NCBI RefSeq assembly: GCF_032444005.1
Contig: NC_091285.1
Coordinates: 531,340,001 to 531,404,000, forward strand
Origin: Ranitomeya imitator
Lineage: Eukaryota
Length of the DNA stretch: 64,000 nt
Direction of reading: 5' to 3'
A model generated the notes under the pieces. It searched no databases, was not told the DNA's origin, and saw only the letters and a program-made list of their open reading frames with translations. The translations under genes were made by a program, and so were the position numbers. Shown piece by piece: positions 60,810-64,000 of the stretch. Each line of letters opens with the position of its first letter. Positions within the stretch are counted from its first letter, which is position 1.

Positions 60810-63800
60810 CCCGCTAATCCCATTGGACGTACTATCCCATCAAGGTGACCTTGGACTTAATTCCCGGTGACGGGATAGTACGTCTAGCGCGATCAGCCAC
60901 GTTCACGGGGGGAGCACGGCCGATCACGGCCGGATGTCAGCTGACTATCGCAGCTGACATCTGGCACTATGTGCCAGGAGTGGTCACGGACCGCCCCCGG
61001 CACATTAACCCCTGGCTCACTGCGATCAAACATGATTGCAGTGTTCCAGTGGCATAGGGAAGCATCGCGCAGGGAGGGGACTCCCTGCGTGCTTCCCTGA
61101 GACCCTCGGACCAACACGATGTGATCGCATTGCTCCGAGGGTCTCCTACCTTCTTCTCCCTGCAGGCCCCGGATCCAAAATGGCCGCATGGCCGAATCTG
61201 GGTCTTGCAGGGAGGTGGCTTACCAGCGCCAGCTCAGAGCAAGCGCTAGTAAGCCTGCAGCCCTGCATGTCGGATCGCTGATCTGATACAGTGCTGTGCA
61301 AAGTGTCAGATCAGCGATCAGTCACTATAACATGATGCTCCACCCCCCCCCCCCCCCCCTCCGGGGCTAACTTAGAGTGTAAAAAAAAAAATTTCACATG
61401 GGTAAAAAAAATAAATAAATAAATTCCTAAATAAAGAAAAAAAATATATATTGTTCACATAAATACATTTCTTTAAATAATAAAAAAAAATAAAAGTACA
61501 CATAATTAGTATCACCGCGTCCATAACGACCCCACCTATAAAACTGTCCTGCTAGTTAACCCCTTCAGTGAATGCGGTAAAAAAAAAAAAAAAAGAGGCA
61601 AAAAACAATGCTTTATTATCATACCGCCAAACAAAAAGTGAAATAACACGCGATCAAAAAGGTGGATATAAATAACCATAGTACCGCTGAAAACGTCATC
61701 TTGTCCCGCAAAAAACGAGCCACCATACAGCCTCATCAGCGAAAAAAATAAAAAAGTAATAGTCCTCAGAATAAAGTGATGCAAAAATAATTATTTTTTC
61801 TATAAAATAGTTTTTATCGTATAAAAGCGCCAAAACATTAAAAAATGATATAAATGAGGTATCGCTGTAATTGTACTGACCCGGACAATACAACTGCTTT
61901 ATCAATTTTACCAAACATGGAACGGTATAAACGCCTCTCCCAAAAGAAATTTATGAATAGCTGATTTTTGGTCATTCTGCCTCACAAAAATTGGAATAAA
62001 AATCGATTAACAAAGTCACATGCCCAAAAATGTTACCAATAAAAACGTCAACTCGTTCCACAAAAAACAAGACCTCACATAACTCTGTGGACCAAAATAT
62101 GGAAAAATTATAGCTCTCAAAATGTGAAGATGCAAAAACTATTTTTTGCAATAAAAAGCGTCTTTTAGTCTGTGACGGCTGCCAATCATAAAAATCCACT
62201 AATAAACCCGCTATAAAAGTAAATCAAACCCCCCTTCATCACCCCCTTAGTTAGGGAAAAATAATAAAATTTAAATGTATTTATTTCCATTTTCCCATTA
62301 GGGTTAGGGCTAGGGTTGGGGTAAGGATTAGGGTTGGGGCTAGGGTTAGGGTTGGGGCTAGGGTTAGGGTTTCAGTTAGAATTGGGGTTTCCACTGTTTA
62401 GGCGCATCAGGGGCTCTCCAAACACAAGACGGAGTCCCATCTCAATTCCAGCCAATTCTGCGTTGAAAAAGTAAAACAGTGCTCCTTTCCTTCCAAGCTC
62501 TTCCGTGCGCCCAAACAGGGGTTTACCCCAACATATGGGATATCAGCGTACTCAGGATAAATTGGACAACAACTTTTGGGGTCCAATTTCTCTTGTTACC
62601 CTTGGGAAAGTAAAAATTTGGGGGGATAAAAAAACCTTTTTTGAGGGAAAAAATGATTTTTTCTTTTCACGGCTCTGCGTTATAAACTGTAGTGAAACAC
62701 TTGGGGGTTAAAAGTTCTCACAACACATCTAGATAAGTTCCTTGGGGGGTCTAGTTTCCAATATGGGGTCACTTGTGGGGGGTTTCTACTGTTTAGGTAC
62801 ATTAGGGGCTCTGCAAATGCAATGTGACGCCTGCAGACCAATCCATCTAAGTCTGCATTCCAAATGGCGCTCCTTCCCTTCCGAGCTCTGCCATGCGCCC
62901 ACACGGTGGTTCCCCCCCACATATGGGGTATCAGTGTACTCAGGTCAAATTGGACAACAACAATTTCTCCTGTTACCCTTGAGAAAATACAAAACTGTGG
63001 GCTAAAAAATATTTTTTGTGGAAAAAAATAATTTTTATTTTCACGGCTCTGCGTTATAATCTGTAGTGAAACACTTGGGGGTTCAAAGCTCACAACACAT
63101 CTAGATATGTTTCTTTTGGGGGGTTTCAATGTTTAGGCACATAGGTGGCTCTCCAAACGCAACATGGGGTCCCATCTCAATTCCTGTCAATTTTGCATTG
63201 AAAAGTCAAACTGCAATCCTTCCCTTCTGAGCTCTGCCATGCGCCCAAACAGTGGTTTACCCTTACATATGGGGTATCAACGTACTCAGGACAAATTGCA
63301 CAACTTTTGGGGTCCAATTTCTTCTCTTACCCTTGGGAAAATAAAAAATTGGGGGCGATAAGATCATTTTGTGAAAAAATATGATTTTTTATTTTTACTG
63401 CTCTGCATTATAAACTTCTGTGAAGCACTTGGTAGGTCAAAAGTGCTCACCACACATCTAGATAAGTTCCTTTGGGGGTCTACTTTCCAAAATGGTGTCA
63501 CTTGTGGGGGTTTCAATGTTTAGGCACATCAGGGGCTCACCAAACGCAACATGGTGTCCCATCTCAATTCCAGTCAATTTTGCATTGAAAAGTCAAATAG
63601 CGCTCCTGTCCTTCTGAGCTCTGCCATGCGCCCAAACAGTGGTTTACCCCCACATTTGGGGTATTGGCGCACTCAGGACAAATTGTACAACAACTTTTAG
63701 GGTCCATTTTCTCCTGTTACCCTTGGTAAAATAAATCAAATTGGAGTTGAAGTAAATTTTGTGTGAAAAAAAGTAAAATGTTCATTTTTATGTAAACATT

Positions 63801-64000
63801 CCAAAAATTCCTGTGAAACACCTGAAGAGTTAATAAACTTTTTGAATGTGGTTTTGAGCATGTTGAGGGGTGCAGTTTTTAGAATGGTGTCACACTTGGC
63901 TATTTTCTATCATATAGACCCCTCAAAATGACTTCAAATTAGATGTGGTCCCTAAAAAAAAATGGTGTTGTAAAAATCAGAAATTGCTGGTCAAATTTTA
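60810..64000 (-). mobile_element. Second TTAA/piggyBac-like non-autonomous element, opposite orientation, runs off the window
   Basis: TTAA at 60806-60809 followed by CCC. Four reverse copies of the ~385-bp unit (62521, ~62910, 63255, 63643). 63860-64000 is the reverse complement of a region similar to 16160-16300. Confidence 0.82.
62298..62370. repeat. Telomere-like (TTAGGG)n variant tract
   Basis: ttagggttagggctagggttgggg...ttagggt, at the same position relative to the 385-bp array as 19385-20283. Confidence 0.88.

Noticed and set aside
60619-60870. 83-aa ORF with a protein-like middle (DRKWAKPLSGSLDMLISSK)
   Set aside because: It spans MITE debris and the next element's terminus, and I do not recognise the fragment. 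A BLASTX search would be needed.

Overview
This is a eukaryotic, repeat-saturated window with no recognisable host protein-coding gene, rRNA, tRNA or CRISPR array. The transposon repertoire suggests an anuran amphibian, which is an inference. From left to right it holds the 3' end of a DIRS retrotransposon with a Harbinger-type MITE in its internal complementary region, a Harbinger-like element carrying only a spliced MADF/Myb gene, and a young full-length Gypsy LTR retrotransposon (889-bp LTRs, GTTT TSD, -1 slippery site, one stop each in gag and pol). Next comes a near full-length decayed CR1 LINE split by a 5.4-kb TTAA-flanked non-autonomous piggyBac-like element and by a hAT MITE. After that come further MITEs, a solo LTR and a Penelope-like fragment with a degenerate hammerhead ribozyme. 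A ~31-kb array of a 40-bp satellite follows, which flips orientation at 44636/44637 and hosts two solo LTRs, a young CR1 and several duplications. A second TTAA element runs off the right end. The most notable observations are the satellite inversion, the chain of hairpins conserved in structure but not sequence in the TTAA elements, a dUTPase-like dead domain between protease and RT in the Gypsy pol, and a possible -1 frameshift signal at the CR1 ORF1/ORF2 junction. All comparisons were done by eye and no database searches were run.
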